Below are positions 1-13,496 of a DNA stretch of 64,000 nucleotides, piece by piece. The notes under the pieces are model-generated. The model searched no databases. It had not been told where the DNA came from and was given only the letters and a program-made list of their open reading frames with translations. Source of the stretch: Octopus sinensis (lineage: Eukaryota); assembly GCF_006345805.1 (NCBI RefSeq), contig NC_043004.1, positions 47,926,001 through 47,990,000 on the forward strand, in the 5' to 3' direction. Position numbers and translations under genes: made by a program. Position 1 is the first letter of the stretch. Every line of letters begins with the position of its first letter.

Positions 1-178
1 GTTGGTGTGTTTACGTGCCCGTGTCCGTAATTTAGCGGACCGGAAAAGAGACCGATAGAATATAAGTACTAGGCTTTATAAAAATAAGTCTTGGGGTCAA
101 TTTATTTGACTAAAACCATTTAAACCTGTGCTCCAGTATGGCTGCTGTCAAATGACTGAAAGAAGTAAAAGAATGAAA
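1..178 (+). mobile_element. SINE group A, 3' portion
   Basis: Matches the 3' half of the full copies at 30068-30486 and 51324-51769 (gaccgatagaataagtactaggct...gtcaaatgactgaa..agtaaaaga). Confidence 0.85.
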
Positions 179-185
179 AAAATAA

Positions 186-745
186 GGCGAGCTGGCAGAA
201 TGCTAAGCGGCATTTAGTCCGTCTTCAGATGATTCTGAGTTGAAATTCCACTGCTGTCGACTTTGCCTTTCATCATTTGGATGTCGAAAAAAGGGTACCA
301 GTTGGTTACTGGGGTGGAAGTAATCGGCCTGCCCCGTCTCCTCCACTCGCTGGCCTTGTATCAAAATCTGAAATCAATATTTTGTGTAAAAAAAACATAT
401 AACGCGTCGAGCTGGCAGAATTGTTAGCATGCCAGGCAAAATGCTTAGCGGTACTTCGTCTGTCTTTAGGTTCTGAGTTCATATTCTGCCGCGGTCGACG
501 TTTCCTAAACACTGGGATTGATGTATTACTTTGATCGAGCTGGAAGAATCGTTAGCACGCCGAGGAAATGCTTAGCGGCATTTCGTCCGTCTTCACGTTC
601 TCAGTACAAATTCTAACAATGTTGACTTTGCCTTTCATCCTTCGGGGTCAATAAAAAAAGTCTACTAGTCGAGCACTGAGGCGGATGTAATCGACTTAAC
701 CCGTCTCCTAACTTGCTGGCCTTGTGCCAAAATTTGAAATAGATA
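186..745 (+). mobile_element. Three tandem degenerate SINE group B copies
   Basis: Three heads (gcgagctggcagaa) at about 187, 407 and 537, with B-box-like gagttcaaattcc and the core gactttgcctttcatcc. Confidence 0.8.
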
Positions 746-1695
746 TTTTATATAAAATATGTGTTTTCAGTTTAAAATTAAAACCAATATATATATGACC
801 TGCTTCAGTATGTTACCCGTCTAACGAATTCCGCTCAGAAGAAATTCATCGACCTAAAAATATGGTATAACTTGACGTGCGTTCTGAGCAAATGGAGCAA
901 ATTCGAAACTACGTGGTAGCAAAGACAGCTTCTTAACCACACAGCCAGCATCTAATCTTAATGGAATGATTTTTTTTATTCTTTATCTTCCTCTATAGTC
1001 AAGTATTTTACATATAATGAAAATATCTTACACTTACTATTGTAAATATAAATTAGTTGTTGTTATTACGCTCATGGTTATTATCCCCGAGTTTATTGGT
1101 TAAAACAAGTTTCCTATTAGTGGGCTACCGTTGTTTTGATCAGCAGTGTGTAAAGGTTTTTTGAAGATATTTCATGCATCATATTTATTATTATTTTTGT
1201 TGTTCGTGTTGCTGCTGTTATTAATATTTTATATATATTTATTGTTATCCGTATCAAAGTGTGTGCATATAAAAACGAATATCTATTCATACACACATGT
1301 GAAACATACAGCAGGTAAAGAAAGAGAAAGAGGGAAAGAAAGTCGAGGAGAAGAGCATGTAAGAGAGATGGGGAGTGTGGGAGAGTTGGTAACGAAAGTG
1401 AAAGCATTATCCCTTGTTGAATTTTGCTGAAAATGCCATCAAACATGACACGTATGATCCCAAAGTTTATTACGGATACATTGGTATTATGTTTCCACAT
1501 GGAATCATCGGTCTCTATAATGTAACTGACTGTTTCATTGTTTAAATTTGTTTTTGGATGCTTTGCTTACTTTCTTATAATCTTGTTTTCAACGAAATTA
1601 AAATGTAATCAACCATTTCAGGAATTATATTGCCTCAGGAATTTTCTTATATTCTAGGTTTTTAATGGAATTATTTTCTTATTTTCTATCTCACC

Positions 1696-1704
1696 CTCTC
1701 TCTT

Positions 1705-1777
<73 letters not shown>
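1696..1777. repeat. (CT)n microsatellite
   Basis: Direct reading. Confidence 0.95.
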
Positions 1778-1780
<3 letters not shown>

Positions 1781-3067
1781 GAAATCAATATAAATATTTA
1801 AAAGAAAACCTTTTGGCAGCAATATGCGAAAAGCAAATGTGAAAGGGTGAGGGATTGTTAATGTTTAAATTAAACACGTGTAAGCTCTATTCAATAATAT
1901 GACCTACACATTGGCAATTTCAGGATGGACATTTGATTAAAAGTCGACGGAATTCTAAACACAGAAAGTTATAGACGTATGTTATTAATACATTATACTG
2001 TAACCTGAAGTCTGTGTTTGATTGAACGTTCATATTCAAGCATGGAAATATTAGAAAACGCACAGAAAGAAAAAATATTTAAACGTGAAGGAATCTTACA
2101 GGTTATGGAATGTCATTCTCAGATTAATTATATGCATATAAGCATGGATAAAGGAATCCTGGGAGTGACCTTGCATTGGTTTGGAATAGTTTTATTCCTT
2201 TTTTCTTTCACATGTCCATTTCTGTTGTTTGTGGAAAGCATTTTTTTAGAATATGTTCTTCTAAGAATCGCAGTGCTACTGAAAGAGAAAAAAAGGGCTG
2301 GTTAAATATTAGTTTCTTTTAAGAAGGAACAAAGGACGCATATTTTGGAAGAAAAGGGAAATTGGGTATTTGTACCATTTGTTATATTCTCATGATATTT
2401 TTCAGCATCTGTTAAGCGAAATTACTTGAATGGGAAATTTAGTCACATATTCGATTCAGAACAAAGCTTGTCTTTAACGCTGTAAATAATGTTGGTTTCT
2501 TCCTTAGGGTTAGATAAATGATGCAAAGAAGGAATATAATCGACTTCGGTGTATGACAATTGATAACTTCCCAATGAATTGAAAGAAATTAATTTTTGAA
2601 GTTAGTTGCTAACATGAAGCAATGTATCAGCACCATAACTTCCTATTTCTTTTCATCTAAATAATTTCAGATATCACATCAGTAGATTTGCAAGCCACCG
2701 GCTTGCTGTGACCAGAAATTGGTTTCTATTGTCGGCTCAAGAGAAACCATTTCAGTTTCTCTGAAATCGATTTTATATCTGTTGTGAGAAGAGGGGTGTC
2801 CATCAACGCGAACAAATCTCATTCGTGTATCCGTACTCCTATAAAAACCTGCACTCCTGCAAAAACGAAAAAAAAATCATTGCTATTGGAATCTAGCAAT
2901 CTAATTAATAACTAATCTAAATCTTCAATTAAATGTTTTTTTCATCCACGTATGTATACAATATCTTATTGAAACGATAATATGGCCAGCGTCTTTGAAA
3001 ATTTTTTTCACTTCATGTTCCCATTTTCCTGCATAACTGAGACTTGTGACAAAAAATCCATGAATAT

Positions 3068-3105
3068 TATTGTTGTTGTTGTTGTTGCTGTTGCTGTTGT
3101 TGTTG

Positions 3106-3137
<32 letters not shown>

Positions 3138-3155
3138 GGTGGTGGTGGTGGTGGT
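3068..3155. repeat. (TTG)n-(GGT)n compound microsatellite
   Basis: Direct reading. Confidence 0.95.
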
Positions 3156-3159
3156 ATGC

Positions 3160-3355
3160 TTTGAGCTGTCAGAATCATTAGCATGCCGGGTAAAATGCTT
3201 AGCGGCATTTCCTTCTGAGTTCAAATTCTACCTAGGTCGACTTAGCCTTTCATGCTTTCGGGTTTGATAAAATAAGTACCAGTTGAACACTGGGGTTGGT
3301 GTAATCGACTCATTTCCTCCCCCCAAATTGCTGCCCTTGTGGCAAACTTTGAAAC

Positions 3356-3356
<1 letters not shown>
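3160..3356 (+). mobile_element. SINE group B (B2 tail) running into (TTA)n
   Basis: Head gagctgtcagaatcattagc, B box, core, and tail ccccaaattgctgcccttgtggcaaactttgaaac. Confidence 0.85.
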
Positions 3357-3428
<72 letters not shown>

Positions 3429-3477
3429 GAGTGAGAGAGTAGTGCATGCCATGAAAGTGACACTGGGGTAAATATTA

Positions 3478-3535
<58 letters not shown>
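3356..3535. repeat. (TTA)n tract interrupted by a 45-bp piece of family F (3429-3473)
   Basis: The insert gagtgagagagtagtgcatgccatgaaagtgacactggggtaaa matches the start of the element at 21142. Confidence 0.85.
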
Positions 3536-3537
<2 letters not shown>

Positions 3538-3744
3538 TTGCTATCCGGGCACTAAGTTTTGTTCAAAATCTTCATTTTTACTCGTTTTGTGTCGTTTTAT
3601 GTGTGTGGAATTTTTGTTATAATTTGTTATTAAGAGCACCAGGAATCTTTTGACAAGTGTCCCACAGTTATTTTGCTCCGTAAGGGACAATATTTTGCCT
3701 TCTGTAACAACAGTCGTTTAGCGTTTTGATAAAAGTTACTAAAA

Positions 3745-4010
3745 TGAAATTTAGTGATGTGGCTCTCAATCTTCGGTTCCTTTCTCAGCAGTACCACCAC
3801 GTTACGTCTCATAGGGCTGGTCATTCCCGCATTCTTTTGCTAGTTGCTGTAGAAATCAACGAAGAGATCACCGAAAATGTCTGACAAATGAAGATAATGT
3901 TCCAAGAGCAGACAATCAAGCTCCGGAGGCTTCTCCCTTGTGCAGCTAGCTAGTCATTACGGCCCGACCACCAAATTCGGTTGTAGTTTCTCTGGGGAAA
4001 CAATTGATTA
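3745..4010 (-). pseudogene. Tx1/L1-clade LINE ORF2 fragment (region just before RT)
   Basis: Minus-strand translation CTREKPPELDCL...DIFGDLFVDFYSN*QKNAG...RRNVVVLLRKEPK resembles CTREKSPGLDGLP...WQQNG...VTLLRKDPNK at 55400-55590. Confidence 0.7.
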
Positions 4011-5624
4011 TTATGATGGCGATGACACATGTTCTACACGAAAATATATTTTTTGAAACTATGACCCTTTACCAAAACCTTGTATTTATTATAGTGTCTC
4101 TTGACTAATAATAGAAAATAATGCACAAGAAAAAATATATTTGAAGAACATTTTGTGTATATTAAGAGTGATGTGGAAACGATTAAAACAATCCTCCGAC
4201 AGAAATTCTAAAAATGTGATTATTCATATGTTTCTAGTATGATAGCTGTTCCCGCTTTCTAATCAATCTAATTTACAATACACATTTGTTTCATTTGTAT
4301 TGGTAGTCAGACTTCATGCGCAAGTGAGAGTGGCGTTATAAATGAATATAATTATATTAAATTTTCGTTAACAAGTAAATAATACAAAACGTATAGCATT
4401 TGAGATATGTAGAAATTCGGAGCATTTATTCGGTAAGTGCAGCTCACAACAACCAAAATCCCACAACAAAATCGAGGTAATGTTGAACTTAATGTTATAA
4501 GCAACAAGTAAAATTCGTTTAAACCATTTAAAATTGAAACTGAATCCAATAAATTGGAATCAAAATCGCTGTAATGTTTCATAGTATGCATTTACTAGAG
4601 TAATATACTTCATTTATATTTCATTTTAATGTCAGAGATTTTGATTATTGATTTCGAGTGATCTAAAGACAGGGGAAAAAAAGGCGTTCAGAGCATGTAC
4701 TATTTGCCATGTAAATCTGTGATTTACAGGCAGCAGTCTGGATTAATATTGAGTTAAGTTTAAAGAAGTGGCTGTCCAAGCAATGAAATTACTCCCTATA
4801 ATTAATAGAAACCTGACAAGTGAATTAATGAGAGATTTTAGCATCGATAAAATAGGAAGCAAGTGACCTAATTGTTTCGTTTGGCGTGTTAAGTGCCAAT
4901 AATTTTGATAGGATTCCGCTGAAATCACATACATGTCAGAGAAGGTATTGAAGTTCCAGAGAAGTTAACTGCCAATTATGAACACATTAAAGGTGTCATG
5001 AGCCCTTTTATTACTATATTTTAGACACCCACTTTAACAAAATTTTCCAAGGATAGTTTTCTTGCAGAGTGAGTTCATTCGATGATGAGAATGGATAGAA
5101 ATACTAATTAAATGGCTAAAGGTATCTTATAAGTTATTTACAGCATATTTTAAGACATCTGGACGTCTAATATGTCCCTTGGCATATACATAACATCAGT
5201 GAAATGTAAGATCAGTGTAATGGCCGATGTTGAAATGATTTTCAATGTTTTTTTTACAATTATTTCGTTCATCAATGAAAGTAGAAAATTTGGTGTATAT
5301 AAATGTGTGTGTGTGTGTGTTTGTGTGTATCTTACGGGGAAGTATATTGGTGGTTATGGCAAATACCTTATCAGGTGGTTTCGTGACGATTATTACACTT
5401 GGCAATATTGGCGATCCATTAGATATGCTACCTTACTAAGTGTGATAATCGTCGTGAAATCGACGGTAACATTCTGACCAGCTATATGTCATAACCAGTA
5501 ATATATTGCTCGACGACATAAAACATAACCAGTCTATATCTCCAATTGGGTTAGCTGTCAAATACATACATAAGTACTCACACACACACGTACACATACA
5601 CACACAGATAGATAGATAGATTCA

Positions 5625-5698
5625 TACATACATACATACATACATACATACATACATACATACATACATACATACATACATACATACATACATACATA
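5625..5698. repeat. (CATA)n microsatellite
   Basis: Direct reading. Confidence 0.95.
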
Positions 5699-6282
5699 GT
5701 GAGAGAGGGAGAGAGAGCAATCAGAATCTGACACTTAATGCATGAATACAGCCGAATGGCCAATTACCAAAGTATTTGTCGTGAGATAGCATCTCTTATG
5801 GACTTGTAGTGTTATTTACGAATTTGTATTCGTAGTTGTATTGTATTGTATTGTATTGTATTGTAGTGTTAGTTACGAATTTGTATTCTGAATTCAATTC
5901 CCACCGAGTTCAATTTTGTCTTTCATCTTTCCAGAACCGATAAGATAAGGCATAGTATTGAGGTTGGCTTTGTGTCTAAATTAGAAATAATGTTAATAAC
6001 GCTTTCATTTCCTTAAGTTTGACCTGCAATTGTGATTCAGTGTTTTGTTCCTGTTCGTGTACGTGGCGCCAGACTGGATTCTAACTAGGAACTTTTCTAT
6101 GTAAATAGAAGGCTGAACATACTTCAGTGCCCTAGTAGAGTTCGTATACAATCGTAACGACAAATTCCTGCAGTATTTTACAACTTATCTCAAACTTAGA
6201 GCCATTTATTCCCACTGAACCTCGAAATCACTTAAAACACTCAATGATACGGAGATAATCTGTAATTTCTGTATTTTTATAT

Positions 6283-6706
6283 TCTTTACTCTCTCTTTTA
6301 CTCCTTTACTTGTTTCTGTCATTTGACTGCGGCTATGCTGGAGCACCGCCTTTAGTCGAGCAAATCGACCCCGGGACTTATTCTTTGTAAGCCCAGTACT
6401 TATTCTATCGGTTTCTTTTGCCGAACCGCTAAGTAACGGGGACGTAAACACACCAGTATCGGTTGTCAAGCAATGCTAGGGAGACAAACACAGACACACA
6501 AACACATACACACACATACATATATATATATATACATATATACGACAGGCTTCTTTCAGTTTCCGTCTACCAAATCCACTCACAAGGCTTTGGTCGGCCC
6601 GGGGCTATAGCAGAAGACTCTTGCCCAAGATGCCACGCAGTGGGACTGAACCCGGAACCATGTGGTTGGTTAGCAAGCTACTTACCACACAGCCACTCCT
6701 ACGCCT
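6283..6706 (-). mobile_element. SINE group A, full length
   Basis: tRNA-like head (aggcgtaggagtggctgtgtggtaag...ggttcagtccc), CORE-like ttgggcaag..tcttctgctatagcc, internal TA/TG repeat, (gtaaaaga)n tail. Confidence 0.92.
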
Positions 6707-7576
6707 TATGTTTATTTTTTAATTTCATTTTATTTATTAAAAAATGAAAACGATTGCTCTGCTATTCAGGCATCATTCGTTCACAGTCACGTTTATACCC
6801 TTGCAGCAGATATGTGCAAAGTTAACAAATTTTTCTGAAGATTTCAATTGCAGTCAGTCTCATAAACGCATGCATATTACATGATATCCCATATTTCTGG
6901 TCGATTATACACCTTCTATGCATTTATATTACTCACTGCTCTCATAGCTTTCATTCCTAAGTGCTGTTTATTGTCTTTGCATGTTTCATACAATTTTGAA
7001 TCTATGAACTCTGAACAAGGACATGGTTTTATTTGCTTTTACATTGTTACATGTCATTTTGCTTTTGTATTTTGTTTTTCAATATTTGCAATGTTTGCTG
7101 TATTGCCAGTAGTGTTAAAGTTTAGCCTTTACTCAAGTATACACACATTAATTCTCTTTTATGTAAATTCTCTTTCTACAGTTTCATTCTTCCATTTCAT
7201 ACAAAGAACTGAGAGGAGACCATCGTAGCGGTGATTCAAAACTGAACTGCGAGGTAACCGATAACACATCACGGCCAAACAATAGTTTCACAGGGTCTAT
7301 TTAGCAATCAATTAGAGTGAAGCCGTGGCGTGATTCAATCTTCTAGAATCTTCTTCGTGTAACTTATATAAAACCGCATTTTTTGCAGAGCACTGGAAGC
7401 AGCCAACTCATTCGCCTCTTGCCATGCAAAATGTTGAGGCAGCTGAGCGATATATGCCTCCATTCTTGCTACTTCAGGCGGTTCTAGATATTTGCGCACA
7501 CTTCTTCAGTACACCATGTCTCGAAAGTAACTTCTAACACGGCACGGATTTTCCTTCTTTCACATTGTAATTATAG

Positions 7577-7996
7577 CTCTTTTACTCTTTTACTCTTTTA
7601 CTTGTTTCAGTCATTTGACTGTGGCTATGCTGGAGCACCGCCTTTAGTCGAGCAAATCGACCCCGGGACTTATTCTTTGTAAGCCTAGCACTTATTCTAT
7701 CGGTCTCTTTTGCCGAACCGCTAAGTGACGGGGACGTAAACACACCAGCATCGGTTTTCAAGCAATGCTAGGGGGACAAACACAGATACACAAACATACA
7801 CACCCACACATATACATATATATACATATACACGACGGGCTTCTTTCAGTTTCCGTCTACCAAATCCACTCACAAGGCTTTGGTCGGCCCGAGGCTATAG
7901 TAGAAGACACTTGCCCAAGGTGCCACGCAGTGGGACTGAACCCGGAACCATATGGTTGGTAAGCAAGCTACTTACCACACAGCCACTCCTGCGCCT
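7577..7996 (-). mobile_element. SINE group A, full length
   Basis: Near-identical to the copy at 6283-6706. Confidence 0.92.
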
Positions 7997-9121
7997 GGTG
8001 TTATTTACAAAAGACCAACGCAGTTTGACTATAATAAAGTCTTTTGTTGAATGTTCACGAGTATTTTTCTGTTACATCACACAACCTGAGAAATATTTTC
8101 ATTCATCAACTCAACCAGTCGTCACCGCAGACAACACAACAAACTCCAGCAACACTATCCAACGGGGAAGGCTCTGCGAGATATTTGACTGTTATTTCTA
8201 GCGGTCAAAGTAATCACGTTTTGATACCTTCGTTCTTTCATCATGCAATGGATTACTGAACTGGACGCAGTGTAGCATATCGCTTTTTTGCCTCAATTGT
8301 TGATTCTGCGTTTGAAAGCTCGATACCGTTGGTTCAGCCTCAAATCAGTTCTGATCGAACAGATATGATCAAAGGCGATCCAATCGAAACCTTCCGGGAT
8401 TTTAATATACCCATGCCTAGATTATTCAGTATGTGTAATTTGATGAAAAATATTGCTGCTATATCTAACAGGTGGAATCGCCACTTAGTTGTTCTCTCCT
8501 AGGTTTTTCAGACTTAAGAGAGATTTGGCTGTTATTTTTAGCAGTAAGAGTAATTACCCAAAGACTCAGTAGTTTGCTTCATATACTTTCTACTTTTAGT
8601 CGTCATTCCATAGACCATCTTAGGCGTACGACATCAGAGCGCTAAAATCATTCGTCATGAGTATTTTATCAATGGGGTTGTCCATATAGAATAATGTTAG
8701 GGGTGAGGAATAAAATTATTGATGCTGCTACTATTTTTTAGGGAGTCTTTAAATGGAAAAGAAGGAATAACATGCTTAGGTTGGTAATAGTGTTCGAACG
8801 TGATCTAGAAATGGTGTTTTAAAGCGATGTTTAAATGGAAGCAGATACGGTGAGACTTAGAATTTATTATAGCAACAAACTCTCTCCTCGTCTGTCAAGC
8901 GTCATTTCATTTCAAGAATTTTATTTTAGTCTCATAGATTCTCTGAGATAGAGTGTAGGTTTCTATGTTTTCATTGTGGTGTGTGTACGAGGGTTATGTG
9001 GGTTTTTGTGTGATTTACTATGGAAAAATTTGGGGCGTTCTCAGATGCTGTTGAGGTTGCTTTTTATTTTATTTTGGCATTTATTTTGCTTTGGTTGTTG
9101 TTGTAGCTTATTGTATTGTTG

Positions 9122-9933
9122 TTGTTGTTGTTGTTTATTGTGTTGTTGTTGTTGTTGTTTATTGTGGTGTCGCTGTTGTCGAATTTTACGATGATGCTGG
9201 TTCTATTGTAATTACAACTCTCTCTAAAATTGCTCCTGAGCTTGTTAATCTTATTTTAAATGTTGATTTTGCAGAGATTGTTGCTGTTGTTGCTTTTGTT
9301 GTTGTCGCTTTGGTTTTGTTTTGTTTTGTTTTTTTTTTTAACTTTCACTTTCACTGTTCTTGACGTATTTTATTTTTCTCTGTTTTTATTGTTGCCGCTG
9401 ATTCAAAAATTCTTGTTGTTTTTTGGCTTTTTTGCACTTTAATAGTTTGTCTTGTTACAATGAATTATTTTATTTGTTATGTTACTTCCATCCCTGCAAT
9501 TTCTACATTACCATTTTGTTTTGTTGTTGTTGTTTATTGTGTTGTTGTTGTTGTTGTTTATTGTGGTGTCGCTGTTGTCGAATTTTACGATGATGCTGGT
9601 TCTATTGTAATTACAACTCTCTCTAAAATTGCTCCTGAGCTTGTTAATCTTATTTTAAATGTTGATTTTGCAGAGATTGTTGCTGTTGTTGCTTTTGTTG
9701 TTGTCGCTTTGGTTTTGTTTTGTTTTGTTTTTTTTTTTAACTTTCACTTTCACTGTTCTTGACGTATTTTATTTTTCTCTGTTTTTATTGTTGCCGCTGA
9801 TTCAAAAATTCTTGTTGTTTTTTGGCTTTTTTGCACTTTAATAGTTTGTCTTGTTACAATGAATTATTTTATTTGTTATGTTACTTCCATCCCTGCAATT
9901 TCTACATTACCATTTTGTTTTGTTGTTGTTGTT
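9122..9933. repeat. Exact tandem duplication, 399-bp unit
   Basis: 9122-9534 equals 9521-9933; the track shows identical ORFs offset by 399 (9260/9659). Confidence 0.92.
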
Positions 9934-10165
9934 CATGATGATGTTTTTGGCATTGTAGCTGTTCAGTCCCCAAGTCAACTCCGATCAAGCAGACCATTGA
10001 TCAGAGGTGTTCCAACTGTGACTCTCCCGCCGCATTTGCTTAAAGTATAACATAACCAGAACAGCATCATATACACGTCTTCTCTCCTTTATGACTACAG
10101 ACTCTAATTTGAGGGAAATTTTTACTGCTGTTTCTAGCAAATTCTCAGACCACGTAGAATTCCCT

Positions 10166-10403
10166 TTCTACTCTCTTTACTCTTTGACTTGTTTCAATCA
10201 TTTGACTGCGGTCGTGCTGGAGCACGGCCTTTTTTAGTCGATCGAGCAAATCGACCCCAGGACTTATTCTTTGTAAGCCTAGTACTTATTCTATCGGTCT
10301 TTTTTGCCGAACTGCTAAGTAACGGGGACGTAAACATACCAGCATCGGTTGTCAAGCGATGTTGAGGGGACAAACACAGACACACAAACACACACACACA
10401 CAC

Positions 10404-10472
<69 letters not shown>

Positions 10473-10620
10473 CGACAGGCTTCTTTCAGTTTCCGTCTAC
10501 CAAATCCACTCACAAGGCTTTGGTCGGCCCGAGGCTATAGTAGAAGACACTTGCCCAAGGTGCCACGCAGTGGGACTGAACCCGGAACCGTGTGGTTGGT
10601 AAGCAGCCACTCCTGCGCCT
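10166..10620 (-). mobile_element. SINE group A, full length
   Basis: Same head, core and tail as the other A copies, with an expanded internal (TA)n. Confidence 0.92.
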
Positions 10621-11363
10621 ACTGTTAGTGCTGTTACTCAATTGGGTTTTTTTTCTATTATTATTGATGTTTTTACTGTTATTGTTTCCAGTCCCAGTTG
10701 TTGCTTTTTTAATAGTTTTGTTCTTTCTACTTGTTAGAATCTGAAAGGTTTGGGGATTGAGGCTTCAACAACGAAAACGATAACATTTTATCTTTTTTGG
10801 TTTATCTGGAGTGAGAGCCAATGCACATAACCTGCTAGAGGTCCTTTGAGACTGACAGCAGGGAACCAAGCGGGTATCCTCAACCGGCAAACCTAGCACG
10901 GAGGTTTACAACAGAATGATCTCTGTTAAAGATACCCCATGTACCATGTGGTATTAAACGGGGTCATAGGTTAAGTTACGTATTTTTTTATTTCTTCTGT
11001 TTATGGTCTCGGGGCTGAAGATGGAAGGGATCTATTTCCGCGCTAACGATATAAACAATAGTGCATTATGCACCAAAAGCACGTATAAGAGTTTCTCTCG
11101 TGATAATAACTACTGCAGTTCAGTTTGTTCTAATACATCAAATTTTAATCAGGGATAAACGTTACACCTCGATGTTAATTCTTCATCTGTCGCTCATGAA
11201 CAGTTCTTAACAAGCTTACTGGCTAATTGCGACACTAACGCCATTTCTGGCACTGTTATTCTTTATATCGCTGGCGGGGAGATGAATCGCCGCTATTTCT
11301 AGCGGTCAAGAGTCCATCTATACAAGACCAAGGAAGGTTGAAATCACGTGATCTGGTGTATTC

Positions 11364-11558
11364 GGCGCGGTATATCGTCTGAGTTACGTTGTGAGTTCAA
11401 ATTCCGCCGATGTCGACTTTGCCTTTCATCCTTTCGGGGTCGATAAATTAAGTACCAGTTACGCACTGGGGTCGATGTAATCGACTTAATACCTATGTCT
11501 GTCCTTGTTTGTCCCCTCTGTGTTTAGCCCCTTGTGGGTAATAAAGAAATAGGTATTT
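11364..11558 (+). mobile_element. SINE group B (B1 tail), 5'-truncated
   Basis: B box, core, and tail tgtgtttagccccttgtgggtaataaagaaata. Confidence 0.9.
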
Positions 11559-11689
11559 ATCTCTCCGCTAGTGATATAAACAAGAGTGTACCAAAAGTCA
11601 ATATCTGAGTTTCTGTCATGATACTTACCGCAGTATAGTTTATTATAACAGGACATACATGTTTAAATTCGATTAATTTGTTTTGTTTC

Positions 11690-12122
11690 GGATCTTTTCG
11701 GTTTGAACGGCAGTTTTTTCTAGCGGTGTCATATGAAATTGTCACCCATAATTATGACCCTAGTATCGATCTATTGCATTTCAATCTCTTTTAGGGTTAG
11801 GGTTAGTTAGGGTTACGGTTAAGGGTGGGGGGAAAGGTATCTTTTTTTCTTCACAAATGTAAATAAACCCAATCTGTTTCTTAAACGAGGGACATATTCA
11901 CACGGCACAGAATGTTTTTTTACCTCAATGGACGTAATTGATTGGTTGAAATTGCAGAAATTGAAGAAACAAACAACAAATATGTTACAAACTATAGAAT
12001 TTTCTCCATAAAGCCAAGAGAAAAAGATGTTTTATAAAAACATTCTACCAGTATGCGAAGTTTAAAATTTTTTATTTACCTAGAAATTATGTTAAAAACT
12101 GCCGTTCAAACCGAAAAGATCC
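11690..12122 (+). mobile_element. MITE with 28-bp TIRs, 8-bp TSD and internal TTAGGG repeats (copy 1)
   Basis: TIR GGATCTTTTCGGTTTGAACGGCAGTTTT at both ends; TSD tttgtttc at 11682-11689 and 12123-12130. Confidence 0.95.
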
Positions 12123-12281
12123 TTTGTTTCTTTTTTCTTTGGTGTTATTATTTTTTTTCTGCTACAATTATTCTATCACTTTCATTGCTAGGTTTTGTCC
12201 CCGCCCCCAGCATATTTTTCTCTTTGCAGCCGTTCCTATTTCCCTGCTTCCTTAGTCGTAAAGGTCTGTTTGAATTATCTA

Positions 12282-12426
12282 TATTAGTTTCAAATTTTGG
12301 ACTAAGTTCAGGAAGCTCGCGGACGGAGAAGAAATCGATTACATCGACCCCAGTGCTCAACTCTTACTTATTTTATCGACTTATTTTATTTCGTCCGGCA
12401 TGTTAACGATCCTGCCAGCTCGCCGT
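12282..12426 (-). mobile_element. SINE group B (B2), internally deleted
   Basis: Reverse complement gives head ggcgagctggcaggatcgttaac joined to the core end and a B2 tail. Confidence 0.75.
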
Positions 12427-12781
12427 CTTTTCCGTTATTTATATTAAAATATATAAGTTACGGTCATTGTTGTTCTTACTTCTAGACCTAGGCTAGCTCT
12501 GGTGTAGCAGTCCTCTGCTTCTTGTGTCTATTTTGTGTAGGCTCCTCTTCATTTTGAAGACATCTATGAATGTATTATCCTTTCTTTTTATAGCCGTCGA
12601 GAGCAATTTCGAGAGAATTTCGCTACTATTCCTATAAGATTAAGCAACGACATAGAAGTCACGTCGTTATTTATTACTGTGATTTCTAATAGCGTTTTGT
12701 GAATAAGTTGTTAATTTTTAAGTTTGTTTATTTTACCAGTGTTATGGTTACTGCTGTTAATGCAGTCAATGATTTAGTTGC

Positions 12782-13207
12782 GGATCTTTTCGGTTTGAAC
12801 GGCAGTTTTTAACATAATTTCTAGGTAACTAAAAAAATTTTAAACTTCGTATACTGGTAGAATGTGTTTATAAAACATCTTTTTCTCTTGGCTTTATTGA
12901 GAAAATTCTATGGTTTGTAAGATATTTGTCGTTTTTCTTCTTCAATTTCTGAAATTTCAACCAATCACTGACGTCTATTGAGGTAAAAAACATTCTATGC
13001 CGTATGAATATGTCCCTCGTTTAAGAAACAGATTGTGTTTATTTACATTTGTGAAGAAAAAAAGATACCCTTCCCCTTACCCCTAACCCTAACTAACCCT
13101 AACCCTAAAGCAGATTGAAATGCAATAGATCGATACTAGGGTCATAATTTTGGGTGACAATTTCATGACACCGCTAGAAATAACTGCCGTTCAAACCGAA
13201 GAGAACC
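12782..13207 (-). mobile_element. TTAGGG MITE (copy 2)
   Basis: Same TIRs and body, inverted; TSD ttagttgc at 12774-12781 and 13208-13215. Confidence 0.95.
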
Positions 13208-13287
13208 TTAGTTGCTAATATAGTAGCTGCAGCAGTTGTTGCTAACATTGCATAGTTATTTTTGTTGTTAATATTTTTGTTGCTGAG

Positions 13288-13316
13288 GGCGGCGAGCTGG
13301 CAGAAACGTTAGCACG
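13288..13316 (+). mobile_element. SINE B1 head, split off by a LINE insertion
   Basis: ggcggcgagctggcagaaacgttagcacg; the SINE resumes at 16452. Confidence 0.85.
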
Positions 13317-13496
13317 TTGCGGTTAATTTGTCTTTGCGAGAATTTGGTTACTAATTGTTATTATTATTTATTATTATTATTGCCATCTATTTTTAAATTT
13401 TGAATTTTTGTTATTGTTCGACGTTCTGTTTAAAACAGATGTAGTGGACTGTTGTTCCCCTCCTTACGGAGGGGAAAATAATTATGGAAATAATTT

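Noticed and set aside
2018-2460. 95-aa ORF and neighbouring coding-like sequence
   Set aside because: It may be a decayed transposase, but I cannot identify any diagnostic motif.
2925-3481. Poly-N/T/L/I/V ORFs; similar ones at 20295-21983, 27096-28608, 40125-40909, 45372-46193 and 53073-53810
   Set aside because: They are read-through of microsatellites in several frames and have no domain content.
6463-8201. Recurring ORFs such as MSSNARETNTD... and MPKVPRSGTEPG... (also near 29845, 30012 and 51286)
   Set aside because: They are chance frames inside SINE A copies; the recurrence reflects the repeat, not a gene family.
11791-11830. TTAGGG repeats suggesting a telomere or chromosome fusion
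   Set aside because: They are short, imperfect and always at the same position inside the MITE.
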